From the UHGV virus genome UHGV-0363527: a DNA stretch of 63,110 nucleotides; one strand, given 5' to 3'. Source of the DNA: a virus. The position numbers and the translations under genes were made by a program. Positions 10,120 through 19,389 of the stretch are shown here, in pieces. Within the stretch, counting starts at the first letter, position 1; each line of letters starts with the position of its first letter. The notes under the pieces are model-generated. The model was not told the DNA's origin. It saw only the letters and a program-made list of their open reading frames with translations, and did not search any database.

Positions 10120-11271
10120 ATGGCATCTATTGGCCTTGGTATTATTCAAGGTGGTATGCTGGCTAATCAGCTGATGAGTCAAGACGAAGACCTGTATCGT
10201 CATAAGGCTGGCAGAAAACTCTTTGATGCGCAGCTTAAGGAACAAGAAGCTGCTGTTGAATACTTGAATCAGGCTAACGAACAGGCACGGGCTGCGAAGA
10301 AGTCTATTCTGGACAACCGTGAACGTATCCTTATCGGTGACCCTACTGGTACTGCTAATGTACTGAGAGACACCATATACCGTAACTTTGACGGTAAGGT
10401 TACTGTAGACCCTGATACGAAAGAAGTTGTCCTTATAGACAAGGATGGTAAGGAAGTAGGAAGACAGCAGCCCCTTATGGGTATGGATGGTGTTGCTAAG
10501 TTGATGCAGCTTGGTAACACAATTGATCAGACCTATGCAGCTAACGTCGCAGCTCAGCAGACTGCTCAACAGCGCGCTTATGAAATGACTAAGATGCGTG
10601 AAGAGAAGGGTTTCGACTACAAGAAGGCTGTTGACGTTGAGAACATTAAGTCTAATGCTACTCTTGGTTCTGCTGCTATAGGAGCTAGAGCTACTCTCGG
10701 TTCTGCTGGTATTAAAGCTGATGTTGAGAAATACAAGTCTAACTTGGATTTTCAGAAAGCCTTGCATGTAAGTACTCTGGAGAACTTGGACAAGATTGAA
10801 CGGGCTAAGTGGGTGCAGGCTAATGCTGCTGCAAGTGGTCTTGCACCTACGTTGGACTCAGCAACAAATAACCTCATGCTTGCGCCGCTGTCTCCTGAAC
10901 AAGCTGCGAAAGCGTTGAACTATTATTCTGGTATGACTAGCCTGTCTGGCAAGTATGGCCCCGGAATGATGCCTTCTCATGTCTATACTGATGAAGTGCT
11001 GCGAGGCAGGTCTGACTCAGCTCTGGCTACGCAGCGTATGTTTGACTATGAGACACAAATGCCTCTGGGCGTACCTTCTCTTACGTTCAATACTGGTCTC
11101 TCTGGTGTTCAGGGTAATCCTTACAATAACTTTGGTTTCAATTTTGGTGGCCAGCAGCTTGGTGCTGTTCAACTCTCTGTAGATCAGCAGGCACAGACAG
11201 CTGCCGCTGCTGAGGCTGCAAGGCAGGCTAGAGCTCTTGAACAAGCTCGTGCTTATGGTTTTATACGTTAA
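10120..11271 (+). CDS. putative internal virion protein
   Basis: 383-aa ORF with an Ala/Gln-rich coiled-coil-like C-terminus; synteny with T7 internal core proteins. Confidence 0.45.
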   Translation: MASIGLGIIQGGMLANQLMSQDEDLYRHKAGRKLFDAQLKEQEAAVEYLNQANEQARAAKKSILDNRERILIGDPTGTANVLRDTIYRNFDGKVTVDPDTKEVVLIDKDGKEVGRQQPLMGMDGVAKLMQLGNTIDQTYAANVAAQQTAQQRAYEMTKMREEKGFDYKKAVDVENIKSNATLGSAAIGARATLGSAGIKADVEKYKSNLDFQKALHVSTLENLDKIERAKWVQANAAASGLAPTLDSATNNLMLAPLSPEQAAKALNYYSGMTSLSGKYGPGMMPSHVYTDEVLRGRSDSALATQRMFDYETQMPLGVPSLTFNTGLSGVQGNPYNNFGFNFGGQQLGAVQLSVDQQAQTAAAAEAARQARALEQARAYGFIR

Positions 11272-11324
11272 CTAATTAAAGGCCCTCAGAATCGAAATAT
11301 GGGCCAAAGAAAGGTATTCTAGAT

Positions 11325-14300
11325 ATGGCACTGGATGGTGTTTTGAATACGGATATTTCTGCAGCACAAGCGTATGCTGCTGCACAGGCTGCACCTGTCT
11401 CTTCTGGTGTACAGCCCTATAGTGTTGTGATGGTCCCGGGCCTTACTGAGCAGGGACCTTTGCAAGATACTCTTGCTCATCAGGCTGCGTACCCACGTCA
11501 GCAGTTTACGACTAGTGTTCCTCTTAGAAGGCCCAGTAGTCAAGCTGACCTTGCCTCTTCCTATGTAAGCACAGTACCTGATGAAGTTCCTGTGTATATG
11601 TCTACTCCTGCTTTTAGTGGTTACTCTCAACCGTTTGAGTATCAAGAACCGAAGCCAGAACACGGTGAGTTCGTAAAGGGTTTCCTTCGTTCTATTCCTC
11701 AGACACAAGCTCTTGTTGCTGCTGGTGGTGCTGCTCTTGCTGACCTTATGGGTCATGAACAGACTGCTGGTGATTTGATGTACTATGCACAACAGAAGCA
11801 AGAAGAAGCACAAGCTCCTGAGCTGAAAGCTGCTGTTGAATCTTACAAAGACGTAGATAGCATTCAGAAGTTTGGTGATTACTTTGCTAGTCTTCTTGGT
11901 GAACAGACGTTGAATGTAGGTATGTCTCTGGCTAGTGGTGGCGTAGGTGCTGCTGCAGGTAAGAGAGTGCTTGCTGGTGCTTTGTCTGGTGCTATTGAAA
12001 AGAAGACTGCTCAGCTTGTAGCTTCTGGTGTTGCTGAAGCTGAGGCTCGTGCTGCTGCTACTAAAGCTGTGACCGCTACTGTTGGTGCACAGATTGGTGC
12101 AATGGCTCCTGAGTTTGTACTGAACACTGGTGAAAACTATTCCGGTAACTATGCTGAGGGAGGGCTACTTACTTCTAACCCCGGCATGGATATTGGTACT
12201 GGTATCTTGCAGTCTGCTGTTACACTGCTTGGTGGTGAAAGTCAGCTGCTTCGTAAAATGACTGGTGTTAAAGTACCTGACTCTGTTGAACGTTCCTTTA
12301 AGGAAAAGCTTAAGGCTTCTGCGTTGTCTCTGCCCAAGGCCATGCTTGGTGAAGGTGCAGAAGAATACACACAGGAATGGTTGGGTGCAGTAAACAGTAT
12401 GATTCAGGACGGACGTGCTCAGCTTACTGCTGATGACTTCGACCGTATGATGGAAGCTGGTATTGCTGGTGCTCTTGTTGGTTCTGCCTCTGGTGGAGCT
12501 GGTGTTATGGTTGACATGCTCAAGCATTCACCTAAGACAGACATTCCGTATGTTAACCCAGACCAGACGCCTCTTGAACTTCAGACTAAGTTTGAAGAAG
12601 AGCTAACTAAGATTGATCCCTTCACTCAGATCTCTAAGGGTGAAGGCATCATGCGTGATGCTATTCGTGTAGAGGCACAGAAAGCTGTAGCTGCTTCTGA
12701 AGAATCTTTTGCTCGTGCTCGTAATCCTATTGTCAATGCTTTGCGTAAGACAAAGGATGAGCTGACTACTGCTCGTGCAGGTACGTCTCCCAAGTATGCT
12801 CTGCTTGCCACACAAGAAGCAAAGGATGCGTACATTAAGAAGCTTGAACGTGCACAGCAGAAGTATACTGCTCAGCTTGCCCGGCTTGCTCAAGCAGAGC
12901 GTGAAGACATTAAGCAACGTAAGCAACAGTTTGAGAAGGATCTTTCTGAGTCTGATAAGAAGGCTCGCAAGGCTTTCCGCGAAACTGTAACAGAACGTTT
13001 TAAGAAGCTTGGCTATGATACCAACCTTACGGCTGAACAGATTGTTGATGACCGTAGGTATCAGGAAGCTTTGTTTAAGAAAGACCCGGTCAAGTACACT
13101 GAGATTATAAACAGCATTCAAGATACTCAGCAGTACGTACAGCGTAAGCTTAATCGTGCTGATGAGCATATGTCTAAGCTGCACGCACGTAGAGCTGAAT
13201 ACAACGTGTACCTTGAGCTCCTGCAGCAGAATGCTATTCCGTACAGTGAACGTCAGTATGAGTTTGTTACAAGTGAGCTTGCTCGTATTGACAAAGACCT
13301 TGCACAGATGAACAGAATGAAGGCAGACGTTAGAAAGTCTGCTGTTAACTTTGCTCGTTCTACTGCACGTGCTCAGGACTTGACTGAAGTTCAGACGAAC
13401 ATGGATGCCTTGTTTGCCAAGGCAGACAGACTTGACCCTGCTGTTCCTTTTGAACTTGACTTGCGTAAGCAACTGAAGGACCTTGCAGACAAGGAAACAC
13501 AAGACCGTATTGATGCTTTGCTTAAGGATGCTCGTGCTCTGCGCAGCACAGCTAAACTGACCAACGATCCCAACTATACGTGGGACGCAGACTTTGCTGA
13601 CTGGCAGGCTGCACAGATGGGCTCCTCTAATCAACAGGCTGCTCTGCCTAGTGCTGATGCTTTCTCACAGAAGTACGGTGCTCTTCAGCAGAACATTGCT
13701 CTTGAGCAAGCTGCTGCTTTGAACAATCAGATTAGTCGTGACAGGGTTGCTGCTGACCAGTACATGCGTAACATGATTGCTGAACAACAGCAACGTGCAT
13801 ATGAAGCTTCTCCTGCTTATCAGGCGCAGCTTAAGGTAGCTCAAGATAAGGCTAGCTATGACAATGCTTTGGATGGCAACGTCCCTGCACGTCAGGCTAT
13901 TCCTCAGGAGACTTCTCAAGCTCGTCGTGACCTTGAAGCTGAACAGCTCAAGCGCATGTACAAGCAAGAGCAACGGTCTAAGCAGATTCGTAACGACATT
14001 GAAGTACAGCGCCAGTCCTTTGAACGGTATACTCAGCAGGAAAAGGAAGTAGACTTCCAGCTTGCTTCTGAAGCTACTCAGCAAGTGTACGACTGGATGA
14101 AGAATACGTTGGCTCAGCTTCCCGGTTTGAAGGATGTTGTGTCTATTTGTTCTTCTGTCACTGACAGTAATGTGCCTACTGCTGTACATGATGCTTTGGT
14201 TAACCTTTCCTTTAATCCCAGCAAGACGCGTGGTATTCCTCAAGCTATGTACTGTGACGGGAAGATCTATGTGTTCGCTGACCGAGTAAAGTCTAAGGCA

Positions 14301-17300
14301 CAGGCAGTGCGGCTGCTTATGCACGAAGGCGTTGCTCACTATGGTCTGCGTGCTATCATGACTCCTCGTCAGTTTACTGGGTTCATGGCTGCTGTCTACC
14401 GTGATGCTTATGGTACTCCTCTGTGGAAAGAGTTTGAACGTCAGCGTCCTGCATACGAGAACGCTAATGACCTTGTTCGTACAGAAGAGTTCATTGCTTG
14501 GGTGGCTGAACGTGAGTCTCCTAAGTCTTTGCTTGAACGTCTCCCTGTCATTCGTGACCTGTACAAGTTTATTCGTAAGCTGTACCAGAAGTTGTTTGGT
14601 GTAGATGGTTATGTTACTGAAGCTGACATCAAGGATGTCCTTGCTGCTTCTGCACAGAACCTCGCTAGCAACAAACCTCAAGGTGTTTCTTCTAACTACA
14701 CTATCTGGGGACGTGCTACATACATGAGCTCGGCTATGAATGACGTGGCTCCTCAGTACGAACGTGTTGACCTTGTGGGCCCAGACGCTTTTGCTGCTCC
14801 ATATGGTTGGGGAACTTACTTCTCTCATCCTACGAAGCTTGCTGACTACTTCAGAAGATTCAACAACAAGCAGTCTGGCCTTCCCGGACAGGTCTACAAG
14901 AACTACGCTCCTTCCTTTGAGCAGTTCATGAACTGGGAACGTCCTCTGTCTGAACAAAGATATGTTGCAGAACATCTTAATCGTTTGTTTAAGCGGATGC
15001 CTCCTCAGCAGATTCCTGCACAAGATGGTATGCATATTCAGTTCTTAGGTAAGGACATCGGTGTCTTCCTTGACAAGAATGAACTTACTCAGTTTATGAA
15101 GAACAAGGGTTACCTTGAACGTGTGACTGGTCAGGATGTGTACGAATATCTTGCGTCTCGGTCTAACGACACTAAGCAGATCTCTAGTATGTTGAGAGAC
15201 TTGGGTGTGGCTGGTACTACCTTTAGCTACAACAACTCCCAGAGCTATTGTTTGTTTGAAGGCGACGACATCAGTCACACTGCTCCTGCATATAGTTCTC
15301 CTGAAGTTCGCTTCTTGGTAGACGAAGATACTACTTACAGTGACATGCCTCCTCTCTATCTTGAAGAGTGGAAGCGTGCACAGATGAACCAGCAGACATG
15401 GACTGACCGTATGGTTAAGATCAAGAACACTGGCAAGTCTGTGGGTATGGATGGTAAGATCATTCCGCATACTGGGTTTGAAAGATTTGTAGAAGGCATG
15501 TATGACAAGTACCGTCGTATTCAGATTGTGCAAAGGTACATTAAGGATACGATTGGTAAGAATGTTATCGCTCCTGCTACAAACATCTACCGTCATATGA
15601 CGGGTATGGTGAATAGAATTAACAGCATTCGCACTGATATTATGAATCAGCGGATTGCACCGCTTTGTGAACAGATTGGTAAGCTTGATATTCCTGCTGT
15701 AAAGGAAGCTCTTGATGACCTGCGTAAGGCTGGTCGTAAGGTTACTGAGCAGGACAGAGTGAATGCTACTTGGTCTGCCCTTGATGAGTTCCTTCTGGCT
15801 CGACATGCGCTGGAACGTAACGCTGAAGTCAACAGGCGGTACCGTGGTAAGAATAAGTTAGAGTCTCCCTCTGGTCTTTCTGACCAGCAGGCACAAGCTA
15901 TCATTGACAAGTACTCTGATGTGCCGGGTATGAATGAGATTGCTGCACAGTTTGACCAGCTTGGTAGATACCATCTGGACATGCTGGACAAGTATCGTAT
16001 TGTTCCCAAGACCCTTACTGATAAGCTCCGTGCTACCTATAAGCACTACGTCCCGTTAAAGAACTGGGAAGAGTTCGTTGACGATCTTGATCCTGACTAT
16101 GCACATAAGAGATCAAAGGCTGGTATTTCTGTTGGTGGTCGGGAGTTGTTGAAGAAGGCGAAGGGGCGGGAAGGTCTTGCAGAAAGTCCTTCTACACACT
16201 TGATGTTGCAGATCATGGATACTGTAAACATCGGTGAGAAAAACGATGTGTCTCGTCGTCTGCTTAACCTCGTTCGAGAAGTTCCTAACGAAGACCTGTG
16301 GGAAATCGCTACGGATAAGAATGAGAAGGGACAGCCATACTTCCGTATGTCTGAGAAGGGGGATGGTACTCTTTACTATGTGAGGAAGTCACATGGTCTT
16401 GAGGGTGAAGGGCACAAGTTCATCAACGTGATTGATGATAAGGGTAACCGTGTTCGTATTGCTATTAAGGACGTAGCTCTTGCTGCTGCTTTGCGTAACG
16501 AGAACACTGTTGAAACAGGTGCAGTCATTAACTTCATTCGTAAGATGACTCAGAAGTTCTCTGCTTTATTGACTACGTATAATCCTGTGTTCGCTATCAA
16601 GAACTATCCTCGTGATATTCAGACTGCTATCTTTAACGTAGGTAATGTAATCTCTGAGGCACAGGCAAACAACTTGCTTGGCAAAGAGAACAACATTCGT
16701 CAGCGTATCATTAAGGATGCTACCTCTTTCCGTATGGTTAAGTTCCTCTGGTCAGAGATGAACGGTAAGGAATATACTGGTAAGGATGCAGCGTACCTTA
16801 AGGAAATGTATAAGAACTTTGTAGACTTTGGTGGGCATACTCGTATGTTCCTTGCTAACGACTACAAGACTATGTACAAGGATGTACGTGAACTGTCAAA
16901 GCAGAAGGGTAACCTTCGTAAAACTCTTGACGGTGCTCTTAAGTATCTGGATACTATCTCTGACGTATCTGAAAATGCCACTCGGTTCTCTGTGTTCGTT
17001 GCTCTGACACAAGAGTTTGACAATCATATTGCTCAGGAAGCTAAGCGTAATGGTTGGTCTGCTCAACAGATGCAAGAGATGATGGATACTGCACATCAAC
17101 GCGCAGCTAACGAAGCTCTGGAGATCACAGTTAACTTTACTCGTAAGGGTTCGTGGGCTCCTCTCTTTAACAGTCTGTGGGCATTCTCTTCTGCTAACAT
17201 CGGTGGTAACGTGCGTATCTTGCGTAACCTCTGGAGGCGTGGCGATAGCTTTGCAAACAATGCAAAGAGAACCGCTGCTTTCATGGCTTATTCAGTAGCT

Positions 17301-18311
17301 TGTGGTATTCCACATGCACTACTGTGTAGGTGGCTTATGGGTGATGATGACGATGGTGTAAGTAAGTATGATAAGATTCCTGACTATATCAAGGACAGTA
17401 ACTTTATTATACCTGCACCTTTTGGTGATGGTGGATACGTAAAGATCCCCTTGCCTTATGGTTATAATATCTTTTGGGTAGCTGCAAATGCAATGGAAGG
17501 TGTAATCAGCGGACGCACCAAGCCTTCCTCTGCCGCTGCTAAAATCTTTGGTGCTTCATTTGATAACTTCAATCCTACTGGTGGAGCTTCCATGTTGAAC
17601 TTCTTGCCTACTATCTTCCGTCCTATCGGTGAAGTAGTAGCCAACCAGAACAGCTTTGGTTATGCTCTTATGCCTGAAAGCACACACAGCTTTAAGGGTG
17701 AAGTACCTGACAGTCAGAAGTACTGGGGTACTAATCCTATGTGGTGCCGTGCTGTAGCAGAGACACTGAACTCTTGGACATTTGGGTCTAAGGTTGAGAA
17801 GGGTTGGATTGATGTGTCTCCTGAAACCATCCAGCATCTTACTGAATCGTACATGGGTGGCCTTGGCAGAGTAGTCACACAAGCTCTTGGCATGTTGACC
17901 TCTCCTGTTACTGGTGCTCCCATTGAGTTGAAGAATGTACCTATTGCTAACTCTTTCTTTGGTAAGGTTGGTTATGGTGATACACTTAATGAGTACAGCA
18001 AGATTCGGAATAAGATGCAGACTGGCTTGAATGAACTTGAGCTTGCACAGAAGGATACAACTCTTTCTCCTGATGAACGTACTGAGATTAGAAACAAGAA
18101 CAGAACTATTCAGCAGCTCAAGAGTAGATATGATTCTATCAATGCTCGCTTGAATAGCGTTCGCAAGCTTGAGAAGTTGAATGAAAAGAACAACAAGTCT
18201 ACGGGTACTAAGTTCTACGAAGAAAAGGAAAAGCTGCAGAAGCGTAGAGAATTTTTGATGAAGGAACTTACTCGTGTGGCTAAGCAGTCAGGTCTTGACT
18301 ATAGGGATTAA
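11325..18311 (+). CDS. giant (2328 aa) internal virion / injected protein with a zincin-like HExxH motif
   Basis: Single uninterrupted ORF of 6987 nt. Ala/Gly-rich N-terminus, a long Q/R/E/K coiled-coil region, then MHEGVAHYGL (HExxH) followed by an EEF..E segment. Position equals the T7 gp16 / internal core slot. Confidence 0.7.
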   Translation: MALDGVLNTDISAAQAYAAAQAAPVSSGVQPYSVVMVPGLTEQGPLQDTLAHQAAYPRQQFTTSVPLRRPSSQADLASSYVSTVPDEVPVYMSTPAFSGYSQPFEYQEPKPEHGEFVKGFLRSIPQTQALVAAGGAALADLMGHEQTAGDLMYYAQQKQEEAQAPELKAAVESYKDVDSIQKFGDYFASLLGEQTLNVGMSLASGGVGAAAGKRVLAGALSGAIEKKTAQLVASGVAEAEARAAATKAVTATVGAQIGAMAPEFVLNTGENYSGNYAEGGLLTSNPGMDIGTGILQSAVTLLGGESQLLRKMTGVKVPDSVERSFKEKLKASALSLPKAMLGEGAEEYTQEWLGAVNSMIQDGRAQLTADDFDRMMEAGIAGALVGSASGGAGVMVDMLKHSPKTDIPYVNPDQTPLELQTKFEEELTKIDPFTQISKGEGIMRDAIRVEAQKAVAASEESFARARNPIVNALRKTKDELTTARAGTSPKYALLATQEAKDAYIKKLERAQQKYTAQLARLAQAEREDIKQRKQQFEKDLSESDKKARKAFRETVTERFKKLGYDTNLTAEQIVDDRRYQEALFKKDPVKYTEIINSIQDTQQYVQRKLNRADEHMSKLHARRAEYNVYLELLQQNAIPYSERQYEFVTSELARIDKDLAQMNRMKADVRKSAVNFARSTARAQDLTEVQTNMDALFAKADRLDPAVPFELDLRKQLKDLADKETQDRIDALLKDARALRSTAKLTNDPNYTWDADFADWQAAQMGSSNQQAALPSADAFSQKYGALQQNIALEQAAALNNQISRDRVAADQYMRNMIAEQQQRAYEASPAYQAQLKVAQDKASYDNALDGNVPARQAIPQETSQARRDLEAEQLKRMYKQEQRSKQIRNDIEVQRQSFERYTQQEKEVDFQLASEATQQVYDWMKNTLAQLPGLKDVVSICSSVTDSNVPTAVHDALVNLSFNPSKTRGIPQAMYCDGKIYVFADRVKSKAQAVRLLMHEGVAHYGLRAIMTPRQFTGFMAAVYRDAYGTPLWKEFERQRPAYENANDLVRTEEFIAWVAERESPKSLLERLPVIRDLYKFIRKLYQKLFGVDGYVTEADIKDVLAASAQNLASNKPQGVSSNYTIWGRATYMSSAMNDVAPQYERVDLVGPDAFAAPYGWGTYFSHPTKLADYFRRFNNKQSGLPGQVYKNYAPSFEQFMNWERPLSEQRYVAEHLNRLFKRMPPQQIPAQDGMHIQFLGKDIGVFLDKNELTQFMKNKGYLERVTGQDVYEYLASRSNDTKQISSMLRDLGVAGTTFSYNNSQSYCLFEGDDISHTAPAYSSPEVRFLVDEDTTYSDMPPLYLEEWKRAQMNQQTWTDRMVKIKNTGKSVGMDGKIIPHTGFERFVEGMYDKYRRIQIVQRYIKDTIGKNVIAPATNIYRHMTGMVNRINSIRTDIMNQRIAPLCEQIGKLDIPAVKEALDDLRKAGRKVTEQDRVNATWSALDEFLLARHALERNAEVNRRYRGKNKLESPSGLSDQQAQAIIDKYSDVPGMNEIAAQFDQLGRYHLDMLDKYRIVPKTLTDKLRATYKHYVPLKNWEEFVDDLDPDYAHKRSKAGISVGGRELLKKAKGREGLAESPSTHLMLQIMDTVNIGEKNDVSRRLLNLVREVPNEDLWEIATDKNEKGQPYFRMSEKGDGTLYYVRKSHGLEGEGHKFINVIDDKGNRVRIAIKDVALAAALRNENTVETGAVINFIRKMTQKFSALLTTYNPVFAIKNYPRDIQTAIFNVGNVISEAQANNLLGKENNIRQRIIKDATSFRMVKFLWSEMNGKEYTGKDAAYLKEMYKNFVDFGGHTRMFLANDYKTMYKDVRELSKQKGNLRKTLDGALKYLDTISDVSENATRFSVFVALTQEFDNHIAQEAKRNGWSAQQMQEMMDTAHQRAANEALEITVNFTRKGSWAPLFNSLWAFSSANIGGNVRILRNLWRRGDSFANNAKRTAAFMAYSVACGIPHALLCRWLMGDDDDGVSKYDKIPDYIKDSNFIIPAPFGDGGYVKIPLPYGYNIFWVAANAMEGVISGRTKPSSAAAKIFGASFDNFNPTGGASMLNFLPTIFRPIGEVVANQNSFGYALMPESTHSFKGEVPDSQKYWGTNPMWCRAVAETLNSWTFGSKVEKGWIDVSPETIQHLTESYMGGLGRVVTQALGMLTSPVTGAPIELKNVPIANSFFGKVGYGDTLNEYSKIRNKMQTGLNELELAQKDTTLSPDERTEIRNKNRTIQQLKSRYDSINARLNSVRKLEKLNEKNNKSTGTKFYEEKEKLQKRREFLMKELTRVAKQSGLDYRD

Positions 18312-18313
18312 CT

Positions 18314-18781
18314 ATGCTAGACATAATCGCTAAGCCTGTTGAAGCACTTGTTTCCGGTGTTGTGGGATGGTTCACGAGTAGGCAAAAACTCAAAGAGGTA
18401 GAGTTGCAGAGTAAGATCGAAGTAGCTAAGGCGAGAGCTGCTGCTAAGATTGATCTCTACAAGTCTGGGGTGGTGGGAGATATTGCGTGGGAGAAAGACT
18501 CCCTCGACAACTCTGGATGGAAGGATGAGTTCTGGACAGTAGTTATCTCTATGCCACTTATTCTTGCTTGGTGTCCGTGGACAGCAGACTGGGTGACGCA
18601 TGGGTTTGAAACTTTTGCTACTATGCCTGACTGGTATCAGATAGCATTTGGTATCTGTGTGTCGTCTGCCTTTGGTTTCAAGAAGTTTGCTGAGATCATG
18701 TCCCTCAAGAACGGTGTCAATGTTTCACGTGTGCAAGAAATAAAACAGCTACTTGCTGATATACCCGAAGATAAAAATTAG
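18314..18781 (+). CDS. small membrane protein, possible holin (last gene of late operon)
   Basis: 155 aa with about three hydrophobic helices (VEALVSGVVGWF, FWTVVISMPLILAWCPW, YQIAFGICVSSAFGF); followed by strong terminators. Confidence 0.45.
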   Translation: MLDIIAKPVEALVSGVVGWFTSRQKLKEVELQSKIEVAKARAAAKIDLYKSGVVGDIAWEKDSLDNSGWKDEFWTVVISMPLILAWCPWTADWVTHGFETFATMPDWYQIAFGICVSSAFGFKKFAEIMSLKNGVNVSRVQEIKQLLADIPEDKN

Positions 18782-18789
18782 GCAAAAGA

Positions 18790-18830
18790 AAACCCCCCTA
18801 AGAGCCAGAAGGCCCCTAGGGGGTTTCTTT
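18790..18830. terminator. bidirectional rho-independent terminator (A-tract, CCCCCTA / TAGGGGG stem, T-tract)
   Basis: aaaaCCCCCCTAagagccagaaggcccCTAGGGGGtttcttt read directly. Confidence 0.6.
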
Positions 18831-18850
18831 GTATCTACAGGATGGATAAT

Positions 18851-18896
18851 AGAAAACCCCCTGCCGTTCTTGATCTTTCCGGCAAGGGGTTTCTGC
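18851..18896. terminator. second bidirectional rho-independent terminator at the convergence of late (+) and early (-) transcription
   Basis: agaaaaCCCCCTGCCGttcttgatctttcCGGCAAGGGGtttctg; A-run upstream gives a U-tract on the minus strand. Confidence 0.6.
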
Positions 18897-18965
18897 GTGT
18901 GTATGCAACCAGTGGGGGACAATCCCAGAGTACAGCCAGTCCACGCAACTGTCGCTCTTGATTAT

Positions 18966-18993
18966 AAGATAATCACTAACAAAAAGTTGTCAA
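18966..18993 (-). promoter_or_regulatory. sigma70-like promoter on the minus strand (TTGACA-16-TATCTT) facing the terminators
   Basis: Reverse complement of 18966-18993 reads TTGACAactttttgttagtgatTATCTT. Confidence 0.4.
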
Positions 18994-19042
18994 GTGTTTT
19001 CTGAAAGAAAAACTTGAAGGAACATAGTTCCGTTGTCAAGTC
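18987..19042 (-). repeat. copy A of a duplicated ~57-nt regulatory element (two CTTGACAA boxes flanking palindrome GGAACTATGTTCC)
   Basis: About 80 percent identical to 30693-30750. Confidence 0.55.
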
Positions 19043-19096
19043 CTAACGTCCCTTTTTCTTCTTTTTCTTACCACCACAGGCCATACATACCTCCTT

Positions 19097-19327
19097 CTAG
19101 AGGAATGCGATGCGGGCAGGTTCCATACTCTCACGGTCGAGTACGAGGAGCTTGCCGTCCCGCACGTCTTTCAGCAGGGTAAGCTCCCCTACTCGAGACA
19201 GTTCTTTGTTCAAGCAACCTTGATAGCGATCGATATTACGAATGGCCTTATCAAGTTCGCGCTTGTACACGTCAGCATTACACTGAGCCTGTTTAATACG
19301 TTCTTCAATCGAAGGAACACCAAACAT
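19097..19327 (-). CDS. hypothetical protein (last gene of minus-strand block)
   Basis: 76-aa ORF. Confidence 0.4.
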   Translation of the reverse strand: MFGVPSIEERIKQAQCNADVYKRELDKAIRNIDRYQGCLNKELSRVGELTLLKDVRDGKLLVLDRESMEPARIAFL

Positions 19328-19389
19328 GTTTAGTCCTTATAAGAAGGGGGAACCGTAGCTCCCTCAAACTATCAGCTAAGCTTTAACTA

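Noticed and set aside
12603-15806. Three long minus-strand ORFs (343, 456, 253 aa) inside the giant gene
   Set aside because: Antisense to an uninterrupted 7-kb ORF with clear protein-like composition; their translations are Leu/Ser/Arg-rich, typical of shadow ORFs
11325-18311. Virion RNA polymerase hidden in the giant protein (N4-like or crAss-like)
   Set aside because: I could not find DxDGD or T7-like RNAP motifs by eye; the only catalytic-looking signature is HExxH. Should still be tested by HMM search
18753-19004. 83-aa + ORF across the terminator region
   Set aside because: Spans two intrinsic terminators and a promoter; no RBS; almost certainly non-coding
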